Assembly (NCBI GenBank): GCA_964641245.1
Contig: CAZXML010000001.1
Span: forward strand, 127,959 to 191,958
Source: an uncultured Gammaproteobacteria bacterium
Lineage (GTDB): Bacteria > Patescibacteriota > Patescibacteriia > Magasanikbacterales > GWA2-37-8
Reading direction: 5' to 3'
Length of the DNA stretch: 64,000 nucleotides
The notes below the pieces were generated by a model, which was given only the letters and a program-made list of their open reading frames with translations, was not told the DNA's origin and made no database searches. Both the position numbers and the translations under genes were made by a program. Of this stretch, positions 10,489 through 20,218 are shown piece after piece. How positions within the stretch are numbered: the stretch's first letter is position 1; each line of letters begins with the position of its first letter.

Positions 10489-10908
10489 ATGAAAAAGGTG
10501 TTAGCATTTGGAACATTTGACATCCTGCATCCGGGCCATACTTTTATGTTAAAAAAGGCCAAAAAATACGGCGACCACTTAACCGTAATTGTCGCCAGAG
10601 ACGCCACTGTGTGTAAAGTCAAAGGAAAAAAAACGCTGTTTAATGAAAAAACCCGTTTAAAAAATCTTGCCCAGCTAAATATAGCGGACAAGGTACGTCT
10701 CGGCTGTCTGGGAAATAAATACAGGGTCATAACAGACGAGAAGCCGGATGTAATCGCGTTGGGATATGACCAAAAGTTTTTTGTCGACGATCTGGGGAAG
10801 GTTGTTGATAAAAATGTACAAATTGTACGTTTAAAATCATACAAACCACAAATATATAAAAGTTCCAAAATTCGCATGAAGAGGGACAAAAAAATCAGCC
10901 ACGTATGA
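10489..10908 (+). CDS. ribL: archaeal-type FAD synthetase (FMN adenylyltransferase RibL-like; cytidylyltransferase superfamily)
   Basis: 'GTFDILHPGH', 'IVARDATV', 'KGKK', 'LGCLGNK' and 'PDVIALGYDQ' closely parallel Methanocaldococcus RibL. Confidence 0.65.
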   Translation: MKKVLAFGTFDILHPGHTFMLKKAKKYGDHLTVIVARDATVCKVKGKKTLFNEKTRLKNLAQLNIADKVRLGCLGNKYRVITDEKPDVIALGYDQKFFVDDLGKVVDKNVQIVRLKSYKPQIYKSSKIRMKRDKKISHV

Positions 10909-11014
10909 AAAAAATTCTTATTGCCACAAGCAATAAAAGAAAATAAAAAGATTTCATTAAAATATATTGATTAAATTTTTGGTTATTTGCTAATTGTTAA
11001 TTGTTTATTTTTAT

Positions 11015-12268
11015 ATGTTAGACATAAAATTTATCCGTGACAACGTAGATTTAGTAAAAGAAAATTGTAAAAATCGTCATGTCAAAATCGATATTGATGT
11101 TTTGCTTAAACTCGATATCGAGAGGCGCGAGTCTATAAAAGAAACAGACGATTTGCGAGCGTTGAGAAAAAGTAAATCCAAAGGTAAGCCAAGCGAGGAG
11201 GATATTCTCATGTTACGAAAAATGGGGGACAATATTTCCGTGCTGGAGAAAAAAACAGAAGATATTGAAAATAAATACAATGAACTTCTGCTGAAGGTTC
11301 CCAATCTAACACATGGGGAAACTCCCGTCGGAGGCGAAGACGATTTCAAAGTCATCTTCAACAGCCCAGCGCCTAAGCCGTTTAAATTTACACCTAAAGA
11401 CCACGAGGAGTTACTGCTCAACCTTGATTTAATAGATTTCGAAAGAGGGGCCAAGGTGGCTGCTTCAAAATTTTATTTTTCAAAAAATAATTTGGTTCGT
11501 TTAAATCAGGCCCTGTTAAATTATGGAATAGATGTGGTAACCAAACACGGATACACTTTGCTCGAAACTCCCGATATGGCCAAGAATGAAATACTGGCGG
11601 GAGTCGGGTTTAATCCGCGGGGCGAAGAAACACAGGTGTATTCCCTTGAGAATAGCGACCTAAGTCTTATTGGAACTGCTGAAATCACCGTGGGCGGATA
11701 TCACGCACAGGAGGTGTTGGATTTGAGCAAGGGACCAAAAAAGTATGTGGCCATATCTCATTGTTTTAGAACCGAAGCCGGAGCATACGGAAAAACCAAC
11801 AAAGGACTTTACCGCGTTCATCAGTTTACTAAATTGGAAATGTTTATTTATTGCAAACCGGAAGACAGCGAAAAGATGCATAAAGAACTGCTCGGTCTGG
11901 AAAAAAAGATTGTGGACGGTTTAAAATTACCATACCGGATAATTGACGTGGCCAGCGGCGATTTAGGCGGACCGGCCTACAGAAAATACGATATTGAAGC
12001 ATGGATGACAATGAAGGGGGAAAACGGCAGTCAGGGCGACTACGGGGAAATAACCAGTACCAGCAACTGCACGGATTATCAGTCACGACGTTTGAATATA
12101 AAATACCATAAAGAAGACGGAGCCACGGAATTTGTTCACACTCTGAACGGAACCGCTGTTGTTTTAAGCAGGTTTCCGCTGGCAGTGGTGGAAAACTTCC
12201 AACAAAAAGACGGTAGTGTTTTAGTGCCAAAAGTTCTACATAAATACACCGGATTTAAAAAGCTGTAG
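11015..12268 (+). CDS. serS: seryl-tRNA synthetase
   Basis: N-terminal coiled-coil arm. 'FRTEAGAYGKTNKGLYRVHQF' is motif 2 and 'GTAVVLSR' is motif 3. I chose the ATG start at 11015 rather than the TTG at 10994. Confidence 0.9.
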   Translation: MLDIKFIRDNVDLVKENCKNRHVKIDIDVLLKLDIERRESIKETDDLRALRKSKSKGKPSEEDILMLRKMGDNISVLEKKTEDIENKYNELLLKVPNLTHGETPVGGEDDFKVIFNSPAPKPFKFTPKDHEELLLNLDLIDFERGAKVAASKFYFSKNNLVRLNQALLNYGIDVVTKHGYTLLETPDMAKNEILAGVGFNPRGEETQVYSLENSDLSLIGTAEITVGGYHAQEVLDLSKGPKKYVAISHCFRTEAGAYGKTNKGLYRVHQFTKLEMFIYCKPEDSEKMHKELLGLEKKIVDGLKLPYRIIDVASGDLGGPAYRKYDIEAWMTMKGENGSQGDYGEITSTSNCTDYQSRRLNIKYHKEDGATEFVHTLNGTAVVLSRFPLAVVENFQQKDGSVLVPKVLHKYTGFKKL

Positions 12269-12286
12269 TAAAAATTAGAAATTTGT

Positions 12287-13405
12287 ATGCTCACTTGGCT
12301 CGAAATTAATTCTCGGGCTATTAAACATAATTTGCGTCAGTTTAAAAAAATGGTTGGCCGCAAAGTTATGCTTATGCCGGTAATAAAAGCTAATGCCTAT
12401 GGCCACGGCTTTTTAACGGTGGCAAAAATTTGCCAAAGTAGCTCTGAAACGGACAGAATTTGCGTAGTGAACCTAGATGAGGCTCTGGAACTGATAAAAA
12501 ATAAATTGATAAAAAAACCGATAATGATTTTAAGTTTTTTTGATAGAGATGAAAAAAAACTTTCGTTGGCCGTTAAAAATAATGTAATTTTTCCGTTGTA
12601 CACCATTGAGAATGCGCTCTTACTGAATAAAGTAGGGGAGAGGTTAAATAAAAAAATCAAAGCGCACCTTAAAATTGATACGGGCGCATCCAGACTGGGA
12701 ATTCTGCCGGCCGATGCTTTGAGTTTCGTAAATCAACTGAAGAAGCTAAAGAAACTGGATCTGGAAGGCATATGGAGTCATTTTGCATCCAGTGAAGATG
12801 ATTTTGCCTACACCAAAAACCAACACGAGATTTTTAAATCGGTTTGTGATACTTTGGAAAAAAATAATATCAATATACCAATTAGGCACATTGCCTGTTC
12901 CGCCGCCAGTATTACCTACGATTTTACCCGCGAAAATGCTTTGCGTTTAGGATTAGGCCTCTATGGCTTATACCCGTCAAATAATCAAAAGCAGGCTATA
13001 AACCTAAAACCGGCGTTGTCCTGGTACACAACTATAATTCAGGTTAAAACGCTTCCCGCAGGCGCTAAAATCGGTTATGGAGGTACTTATACGTCCAATC
13101 GGCCTATAAAAATAGCTATTTTACCTGTGGGATATTGGGACGGTTATGACCGCAGGCTTTCAAACCGCGGTTATGTGCTTATCAAAGATGAGCGTTGTCC
13201 GGTACTAGGTCGCATTTGCATGAATATTTGCATGGTTGATGTAACCGGTCTGGCGGTGAAAGCCGGGGATAAAGTAATTTTAATCGGCAAGGATAAAACA
13301 AAAAGTATTTCCGTGGATGATCTGGCAAAATGGTGCGAAACCATTAACTATGAAATAGCCGACCGGATAAATCCCTTTCTGCCAAGAATAGAAAAAACAT
13401 CCTAG
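12287..13405 (+). CDS. alr: alanine racemase
   Basis: PLP-lysine motif 'VIKANAYGHG', plus a C-terminal beta domain. Confidence 0.85.
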   Translation: MLTWLEINSRAIKHNLRQFKKMVGRKVMLMPVIKANAYGHGFLTVAKICQSSSETDRICVVNLDEALELIKNKLIKKPIMILSFFDRDEKKLSLAVKNNVIFPLYTIENALLLNKVGERLNKKIKAHLKIDTGASRLGILPADALSFVNQLKKLKKLDLEGIWSHFASSEDDFAYTKNQHEIFKSVCDTLEKNNINIPIRHIACSAASITYDFTRENALRLGLGLYGLYPSNNQKQAINLKPALSWYTTIIQVKTLPAGAKIGYGGTYTSNRPIKIAILPVGYWDGYDRRLSNRGYVLIKDERCPVLGRICMNICMVDVTGLAVKAGDKVILIGKDKTKSISVDDLAKWCETINYEIADRINPFLPRIEKTS

Positions 13406-13406
13406 T

Positions 13407-14414
13407 ATGAAGCACTTCCGTTCCGAATACGCATTTCAAAAATACAAACCCCATGTAACCTGGCGCAAAAGAATTTTGCAATTTTTTCGTAAAAAAAAAT
13501 ACACTATTTCATCCACCCAAGACACGTTTAACTATAAAACCAATCCGTATAAGGCCCACAAAAAACCAAGTAAAATCAAGGTGAAACTGATTCTGTTTAT
13601 TTTGTTTCTGCTGGCATGGACAGTGTGCCTGGCATATATACCGTACTTTAGAGTAAACAAAGTTAATTATACGGGTCTAAACAATACCACCAAAAACGAA
13701 CTGGATGAATTTATATTTCAGAATTATTTAAACAAAAAAAGTATTCTGCCTCTCAACGGCTACTTCTTTATCAATGCCGGCAAGATTTCCGGAGAACTTT
13801 ACGAAAAATTTGCCTTTGAAACCGTGGAGGTAACAAAAGTTTTCCCAAACAGTTTGGATGTAAATATAAAAGAAAAAATTTCTTCGGTTATTTATGATAA
13901 CGGAAAAAAATATTTCTTGCTGGACAGCGGGGGAACGGCTATTAAATATTTAACAGATGTTACCGTGGACGAAATAATACAAAAAATTGCCAGTAGCGCC
14001 GCGGACATGCTTAGCTCCAATACAACATCTACACCAATAACCGCATCCACAACCGAACACCTGCCTGATTATAAGAAAATAAATCAGCTATTCGGCAATT
14101 ACCCTATAATTTATGACCGGCGCGGTTTTGATGTGGAAGTTAAACAAGTTGCTGTTTTACCGCCCGAACATATCGCCGCCATTATTGCCTGGTATAAAAC
14201 CCTTACAGAACAGGGGATTGCCCGCCTAAAATTCTTCACTTTGGACAATCTTAACTCCGGTATAGCCATTGACACTGCTGATTCGTGGGATATTCTATTT
14301 CAGCCCAAGAATAATAATGACGCGCAAATTACAACCTTAAAAAAAATCCTGCCAACTACTAAACCGCAGCAATATGTTGATTTGCGTTTCAGTGAAAAAG
14401 TGTACTGGAAATGA
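13407..14414 (+). CDS. FtsQ/DivIB-like cell-division protein (cytoplasmic tail, TM helix, POTRA-like domain)
   Basis: 'KVFPNSLDVNIKEKISSVIYDNGKKYFLLDSGG' resembles the FtsQ POTRA/beta core. Has a single TM helix. Confidence 0.45.
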   Translation: MKHFRSEYAFQKYKPHVTWRKRILQFFRKKKYTISSTQDTFNYKTNPYKAHKKPSKIKVKLILFILFLLAWTVCLAYIPYFRVNKVNYTGLNNTTKNELDEFIFQNYLNKKSILPLNGYFFINAGKISGELYEKFAFETVEVTKVFPNSLDVNIKEKISSVIYDNGKKYFLLDSGGTAIKYLTDVTVDEIIQKIASSAADMLSSNTTSTPITASTTEHLPDYKKINQLFGNYPIIYDRRGFDVEVKQVAVLPPEHIAAIIAWYKTLTEQGIARLKFFTLDNLNSGIAIDTADSWDILFQPKNNNDAQITTLKKILPTTKPQQYVDLRFSEKVYWK

Positions 14415-14431
14415 AGAGGGAAGAGCGGGAT

Positions 14432-14460
14432 TTGACCAAAGCCGTATTGTTGGGTAATAT
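14432..14460 (+). promoter_or_regulatory. sigma70-like promoter, TTGACC-17-TAATAT, upstream of the recombinase gene
   Basis: -35 at 14432-14437, a 17 nt spacer, and -10 at 14455-14460. Confidence 0.45.
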
Positions 14461-14510
14461 ATACTCAACGTCGTATAACATAGATTAAGCGACGTATATA
14501 CAAGGGGAAT

Positions 14511-15473
14511 ATGAAAAAATCTAATACTCCAATCGCCCAACACATCATCACATTTCTTGAATATTGTGAGATAGAAAAAGGTTTAAGCCCTGTTTCTACC
14601 CGCAATTATGATAACTTTCTGCGAACCTTTACCAACTGGCTTAAAGAGGTTAATTTATTGTCTTTAAAGCCCCACGAGCTCACCGCGGAGCATATTTGGA
14701 GCTACCGCCTATACTTGTCCCGTAAGAAGGATTCCAAGGGTAAATATACCAAAAAAACCACCCAAAACTACTACTTAATAGCCCTTAGGAATCTTTTAAA
14801 CTATTTTGCCGAAAAGGATATCACCTCTTTACCTTCGGAAAAAATTAAATTGCCAAAATTAACCGACAAGGATAAAACCATTAAATTTTTAAAATTTGAA
14901 CAAGTGGAAAAATTAATGGAGATGCCGGACGCTGCCACGCCGGAAGGTTTACGTGATCGCGCAATTTTAGAAGTATTATTCTCTACCGGCGCCCGCGTCT
15001 CGGAACTAACGTCGCTTAATATTAAGCAGTTTAATATAGCAAATTTAATAAAAGGAAAATTTGATGACCAGGAATTAAGCATCTCCGGTAAAGGCGGATC
15101 AACCAGGACTGTTTATTTTTCCAACCGGACGCTAAAAAGCCTGGCCAATTACCTAAAAACCAGAAAAGATATGTACGCTCCCCTGTTCATTAATTATAAG
15201 AAGGATGAATCAGATAATGAGCACCGCCTCACACAAAGATCTGTTGAACGTTTAGTCAGAAAATATACTACAATGGCCGGTTTGCCTGTTGAAGCCACTC
15301 CTCACACTTTACGCCACAGTTTTGCCACCGATTTATTGCAAAAAGGAGCGGATATGCGCTCCGTTCAAGAATTGCTTGGGCACAAAAACATAGTGACCAC
15401 GCAAATTTACACTCACCTTACTAATCCCCGCCTCCGGGATATTCATAAGAAGTTTCACAGCGGGAAGGATTAA
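14511..15473 (+). CDS. tyrosine site-specific recombinase XerC/XerD family
   Basis: The catalytic RHRY set 'HTLRHSFATDLL...GHKNIVTTQIYTHL' is present, along with the N-terminal SAM-like domain. Confidence 0.8.
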   Translation: MKKSNTPIAQHIITFLEYCEIEKGLSPVSTRNYDNFLRTFTNWLKEVNLLSLKPHELTAEHIWSYRLYLSRKKDSKGKYTKKTTQNYYLIALRNLLNYFAEKDITSLPSEKIKLPKLTDKDKTIKFLKFEQVEKLMEMPDAATPEGLRDRAILEVLFSTGARVSELTSLNIKQFNIANLIKGKFDDQELSISGKGGSTRTVYFSNRTLKSLANYLKTRKDMYAPLFINYKKDESDNEHRLTQRSVERLVRKYTTMAGLPVEATPHTLRHSFATDLLQKGADMRSVQELLGHKNIVTTQIYTHLTNPRLRDIHKKFHSGKD

Positions 15474-15478
15474 AACAA

Positions 15479-16336
15479 TCAACAAAAAACTTTTAAAGAA
15501 TCATTGATGTTTCTTTTTTTTGTAGGTAAAAACGCCAGGGCAGAATCTACCGATCCGGAAACCCGGCCTTCATAGACAGGCTCATCAACCTGATAAAAAA
15601 TTCCAACCGGTATCTTCTTCTCTCCCCACTCCAACAGTTTGGTGAAGGCGGATTCTTTATCTTTAGGATTATAACTACCGTCCAATTTATATATATTATC
15701 CTGATAAAACTTGTGCGTGTATTCTTTATTAAAGGTAGTGCAGGGTTGTAATATCTGCACAAGAGAAAAACCCTTATGTTTGCTAGCCTTATGAATTATG
15801 TCGGTCAGCATGGGTAAGTCATTGGATGAAACTCTGGCCAAAAAGGTGGCGCCGGCGGCCAACGCTAACCGCAACGGATGCAGAGGTTCGTCCTGGTTTC
15901 CAAACGGAGTTGATTTTGATTTATAACCAATTGATGAGCGGGGTGATGTTTGCCCGGTTGTAAGCCCATAAACCGCATTATCGTGTAATAAAACAGTGAT
16001 ATCGTCGTTTCTTCTGGCGGCATGAACAAGGTGGTTTCCTCCCTCCGCCAGAGAATCTCCGTCCCCGGTAAATACAAAAACGTTTAACTTGTCGTTAACC
16101 ATTTTAATTCCCGCAGCCACCGGAATAGGGCGACCGTGCAAGCCTTCAAAACTTGTCAGTTTTGTAAAATTATTGATATGGCCATGACAACCGATACCGG
16201 CGACCATTACCGCATTGGTATTGTCCCAGCCGTTTTGCACCGCCACCTGCTTAAAGGCCGCCCAAATACCAAAATTGCCGCAGCCCGGGCACCACGTACA
16301 TAATTTTGGCGTTTTTAAATCTTCATGAGTAGTCAT
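15479..16336 (-). CDS. 2-oxoacid:ferredoxin oxidoreductase beta subunit (TPP-binding)
   Basis: 'CTWCPGCGNFGI' and the TPP motif 'GDGD'. Confidence 0.8.
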   Translation of the reverse strand: MTTHEDLKTPKLCTWCPGCGNFGIWAAFKQVAVQNGWDNTNAVMVAGIGCHGHINNFTKLTSFEGLHGRPIPVAAGIKMVNDKLNVFVFTGDGDSLAEGGNHLVHAARRNDDITVLLHDNAVYGLTTGQTSPRSSIGYKSKSTPFGNQDEPLHPLRLALAAGATFLARVSSNDLPMLTDIIHKASKHKGFSLVQILQPCTTFNKEYTHKFYQDNIYKLDGSYNPKDKESAFTKLLEWGEKKIPVGIFYQVDEPVYEGRVSGSVDSALAFLPTKKRNINDSLKVFC

Positions 16337-16345
16337 AGAAAAAAA

Positions 16346-18058
16346 TTATTTCTTTAAAACTTTTTTAATTTCTGCGGCAATTTCTTCCGGACAGAACGGC
16401 CGGCCGTCGTATTTTAACAGATTGTTTTTGATGTCTATTCCGGTTTTTTCTTTAATTAGTCCGCCCATTTGCGCGGTATAGTTGCATTCAACATTTAATA
16501 TACGCCGGGCTTTTTGTAACACCTTGGCCGTTTCTTGAGCAGGAAAAGGGCTCATCCATATCAGGTGAAGATAATTCACATTTTTTATTCCCTTCATAGC
16601 CTCTAAAATAGCGCCCTTATTACTTCCCCAGGAAACAATGGTAAGATCGGCATTTTTTGGGCCGAATAGTACCGGCTTGGGCATATCATTTTTGGCGCAT
16701 GTTTCCAGTTTCTGCATGCGTTTATTCATTTGTTCTATTCTATTTTGCGCTCCTTCGTTAGAATAACCATCTTCATTATGCTCATCGGAATTAGCCATAA
16801 CATAATTTCCAAAACCGGCCGGAGAACGCAACGAAATTCCGTCTGTGGATAAAGCAAACCGTTTATAACCTTCGCGCTTTTTCAGAAGCAACTTACCCAA
16901 ATCAATTTTATAATCAGCGTAATCAAACAAGCCGAGGCTCATATGACTCTCGCAAATTTGTTTGTCAACAAGCACTACCACCGGAGTCTGGTACTTATCC
17001 GCCAGATTAAATGCCTGCATAGTTAAATGAAACGCCTCTTCAATATCTCCGGCCGCCAATATTATACGGGGGAAATCACTCTGATGAGCGTGTAAAACCA
17101 TCCGCAAATCCCCTTGTTCCGTCCAAGTAGGCAAACCGGTAGCCGGTCCGCCGCGCATACCCTCTATAATAACAAGCGGTATTTCCGCTATGCCGGCCAA
17201 ACCGTACGCTTCGGCCATTAAACAAAAACCACCCCCGGATGTGGCCACCAAAGCGCGGGCTCCGGCAAAAGAGGCGCCAATGGCCATATTTATCGCGGCA
17301 ATTTCGTCCTCCGGCTGTTTACAGATAAAATCATATTTTTCCTGGAGAGCAGCCAATGTGTGTAATATTCCGCTGGTCGGCGTCATGGGATATATAGAAG
17401 CGAATTTTACTCCGGCTGCCACCGCCCCCATGGATACGGATTCATTACCGTTAATAATCATTTTTTGGTTTGTTTTAGGGGAAAGCGATTTTAGACTACT
17501 GATAATTTTATTGCCGTAATTTTGTTTTGCGTAATCATAAGCGGCCTGACAAACTAAAATATTACTCTCGGTAATTTTTGGATCCTTCGTGGAAAATTCT
17601 TGAGTAATTAGATCCTTGTAAATTTTTAAATCCCCTCCCAGCAAAGCAATAGAAGCTCCCAGCGCAGCGGTGTTTCTTAAGAGCAACGAACCGCCGATTT
17701 CTTTGGCAATCTTATTAATAGGTATTAAAAAAATATTTATTTTTTTCTTCGGTTTTATAAATAATTTATTTTCTTCATCGCATAATAAACTGGCGCCGTC
17801 TCCCAATTCTTCTATGTGCAAATCAATTGTTTCTTTGTTTAAAGCCACTAAAAAATCCGTACTTTTGTATTGCGCTCTTACAGGTTCATCGGCTATTACC
17901 ACCTGCATCAGATTATGGCCGCCCCGGATTATTGACGGATACTCGGAGTAGTCAAACGTAAAATAACCGGAACGCGCGGCTAATTTTGCAAAATTAAGAC
18001 CCGCGGACATTATGCCAAATCCGGCTTCACCTCCGATTTTAAATATGAACGGTTTCAT
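16346..18058 (-). CDS. 2-oxoacid:ferredoxin oxidoreductase alpha subunit with a fused gamma domain
   Basis: The N-terminal 'FKIGGEAGFGIMSAG' is gamma-like. Followed by the alpha pyrimidine-binding domain. Confidence 0.8.
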   Translation of the reverse strand: MKPFIFKIGGEAGFGIMSAGLNFAKLAARSGYFTFDYSEYPSIIRGGHNLMQVVIADEPVRAQYKSTDFLVALNKETIDLHIEELGDGASLLCDEENKLFIKPKKKINIFLIPINKIAKEIGGSLLLRNTAALGASIALLGGDLKIYKDLITQEFSTKDPKITESNILVCQAAYDYAKQNYGNKIISSLKSLSPKTNQKMIINGNESVSMGAVAAGVKFASIYPMTPTSGILHTLAALQEKYDFICKQPEDEIAAINMAIGASFAGARALVATSGGGFCLMAEAYGLAGIAEIPLVIIEGMRGGPATGLPTWTEQGDLRMVLHAHQSDFPRIILAAGDIEEAFHLTMQAFNLADKYQTPVVVLVDKQICESHMSLGLFDYADYKIDLGKLLLKKREGYKRFALSTDGISLRSPAGFGNYVMANSDEHNEDGYSNEGAQNRIEQMNKRMQKLETCAKNDMPKPVLFGPKNADLTIVSWGSNKGAILEAMKGIKNVNYLHLIWMSPFPAQETAKVLQKARRILNVECNYTAQMGGLIKEKTGIDIKNNLLKYDGRPFCPEEIAAEIKKVLKK

Positions 18059-18061
18059 ACA

Positions 18062-20206
18062 TTATGATATATTTTTTAAAATTATTCTTCCGTCTACCGC
18101 CCAGGCGTCTTTTTCCGTCAAAATAATAGGATTAATTTCCAGTTCTGAAAAAGCTTTAATATGTTCCGTCAACGCGCATAATTTAATGATGATCTGAACC
18201 AACTTCCGTATGTTGTATGGTTTTTTACCCCTATAACCGGCTAACAACGGATAGATCTTGGATCCGGAAATTAACTCTTCTACCCCGCTCTCGCTAATAG
18301 GAAGCAGCTTCAGATTATTATCCACTATTAATTCAGTCAACACGCCGCCAGCGCCGAACATTAATACGTTTCCAAAACTGACATCATTTTTTATACCGAC
18401 AATAACTTCCAATCCCCCTGCTATTTGTTGTTGAATCACAATAGTCGCGCGAGAATTTTTAGGTAATTTTAAAATTGCCAGATTGATTTTTTTCCAGGCT
18501 TCCTTTAATTTAAGCGGATTATTTATGTCCTTTATTACACCACCTTTTTCGGTTTTATGCAATACTTCCGAAGAGGATATTTTTAGGACTACGGGCCAGC
18601 CATTTACCCGCGCAAATCTTAAGGCATCAATCAGGTTACTTACCTCTATGGACCCAGGTGTTTTAATTCCACACAAATTTAAGACTTCATTCGCTTCCAA
18701 AATATTCAATGCTTTGCGGTCCTCTTTTTTTGCCGTTGCCACAATTTTATTTATTTTATTTTTTGCAACTGATTTAATTTCCGGAAGGCTTCTAGCTTTA
18801 GTATTTAGGTTTTGGACGTTTACCTGCCACTGCCACATTTTAGCCAGGGAATATATGGCCCGTTCCGGAAAACGATATGAGGGAATTTTGTAGGCATTTA
18901 AAATCTCTTCGCCTTTATCCACCATGTCCCCTCCTATGAATGAACAGACAACCGGTTTACCGTGTTTTTTCGCCAGTTGTCCGATAATTTCGGCGGTAGC
19001 TTCAATTTCAGTCATTACTTGTGGTGTTAAAATAACCAACAACGCATCGACGTCTTTTTCAGATAACACGTCATTTATTGCATCGCCGAAGCGATTAGCC
19101 AGGGAATCTCCCAGCACATCTACCGGGTTTAAAACGCTAGCCTCGGGTGGTAATTTTTCCTTCATTTTATTTTTAGTTTTTTCACTAAAACTTGCCATCT
19201 GCAGACCCTCATTTTCCAATGCATCAGTGCTTATTACCGCCGGCCCGCCCGCATTGGAAACAATCGCCACTTTTGGACCTTTGGGCGCATTAACCCAGGA
19301 AAAAATTTTAGCTAAATCAAACATATCCTCTAAACCATCGCAACGAATTACTCCGGCCTGTTTAAATGCCGCGTCCTGAACAGCATCATCACCGGCCATA
19401 GATCCAGTATGAGATTGTATTGCCTGCCGGGCTTTTTTTGATTTTCCCGGTTTTAAAATAAAAATCGGATCGTTAGCGGAAATCCTTGAAGCCAAATTTA
19501 AAAATTCTTTTCCTTCATCGATTGATTCTAAATACATGCCAACCGGGTGGTATTTTGACAGGCCATCTTCATTAAGATGCTTTGTTTTTTGATCCAGCCA
19601 ATAACGTAAAATATCATTTTCATTTAATATCGCCTTATTCCCCAGAGTAATAAATTCACTAAAACCTACCTGATTATGTTTGGCCCAATCAAAAATTCCG
19701 GACGCCAGCGCGCCGGATTGAGAAATAAAACGCAAGTTGCCTACGGCGCCGCTTGCCTGACTAAAGGTGGCATTAAGACTGCTTAATGTGCTGACAAAAC
19801 CCAAACAATTAGGTCCAAGAATATTTAAATTATATTTTTTTGCCTCCTGGCGTAGATTATTTTCCAGTACTTCTCCTTGAGCGCCAATTTCCTTAAATCC
19901 GGCGCTGAAGATAATTATATTTTTTGTTCCTTTTTTGGCAATTGGTTCTAAAAGTTTCATGGCGACTTCTGCGGGTACGGACAAAATTGCCAAATCGGGA
20001 ATTTCCGGTAAATCTTTGTAATCGGCATAGCAATCCATTCCTTCTATATTGATGGCGTTTGGATTAACCGGAAAAATTCTTCCTCTAAATCCGGAATTAA
20101 CAATGTTTTTTAAAACAATGTGTCCGATTTTTTTCTCATCGCGCGAAGCTCCTAAAACCGCAATGGAGTCCGGGTTAAAAAGCTTATATAAATTTTTTTT
20201 GTCCAT
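18062..20206 (-). CDS. acetate--CoA ligase (ADP-forming), fused alpha+beta (NDP-forming acyl-CoA synthetase)
   Basis: CoA-binding 'IAVLGASRDEKKIGH', a ligase-CoA domain and a C-terminal ATP-grasp. Confidence 0.8.
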   Translation of the reverse strand: MDKKNLYKLFNPDSIAVLGASRDEKKIGHIVLKNIVNSGFRGRIFPVNPNAINIEGMDCYADYKDLPEIPDLAILSVPAEVAMKLLEPIAKKGTKNIIIFSAGFKEIGAQGEVLENNLRQEAKKYNLNILGPNCLGFVSTLSSLNATFSQASGAVGNLRFISQSGALASGIFDWAKHNQVGFSEFITLGNKAILNENDILRYWLDQKTKHLNEDGLSKYHPVGMYLESIDEGKEFLNLASRISANDPIFILKPGKSKKARQAIQSHTGSMAGDDAVQDAAFKQAGVIRCDGLEDMFDLAKIFSWVNAPKGPKVAIVSNAGGPAVISTDALENEGLQMASFSEKTKNKMKEKLPPEASVLNPVDVLGDSLANRFGDAINDVLSEKDVDALLVILTPQVMTEIEATAEIIGQLAKKHGKPVVCSFIGGDMVDKGEEILNAYKIPSYRFPERAIYSLAKMWQWQVNVQNLNTKARSLPEIKSVAKNKINKIVATAKKEDRKALNILEANEVLNLCGIKTPGSIEVSNLIDALRFARVNGWPVVLKISSSEVLHKTEKGGVIKDINNPLKLKEAWKKINLAILKLPKNSRATIVIQQQIAGGLEVIVGIKNDVSFGNVLMFGAGGVLTELIVDNNLKLLPISESGVEELISGSKIYPLLAGYRGKKPYNIRKLVQIIIKLCALTEHIKAFSELEINPIILTEKDAWAVDGRIILKNIS

Positions 20207-20218
20207 ATGAAATAAATA

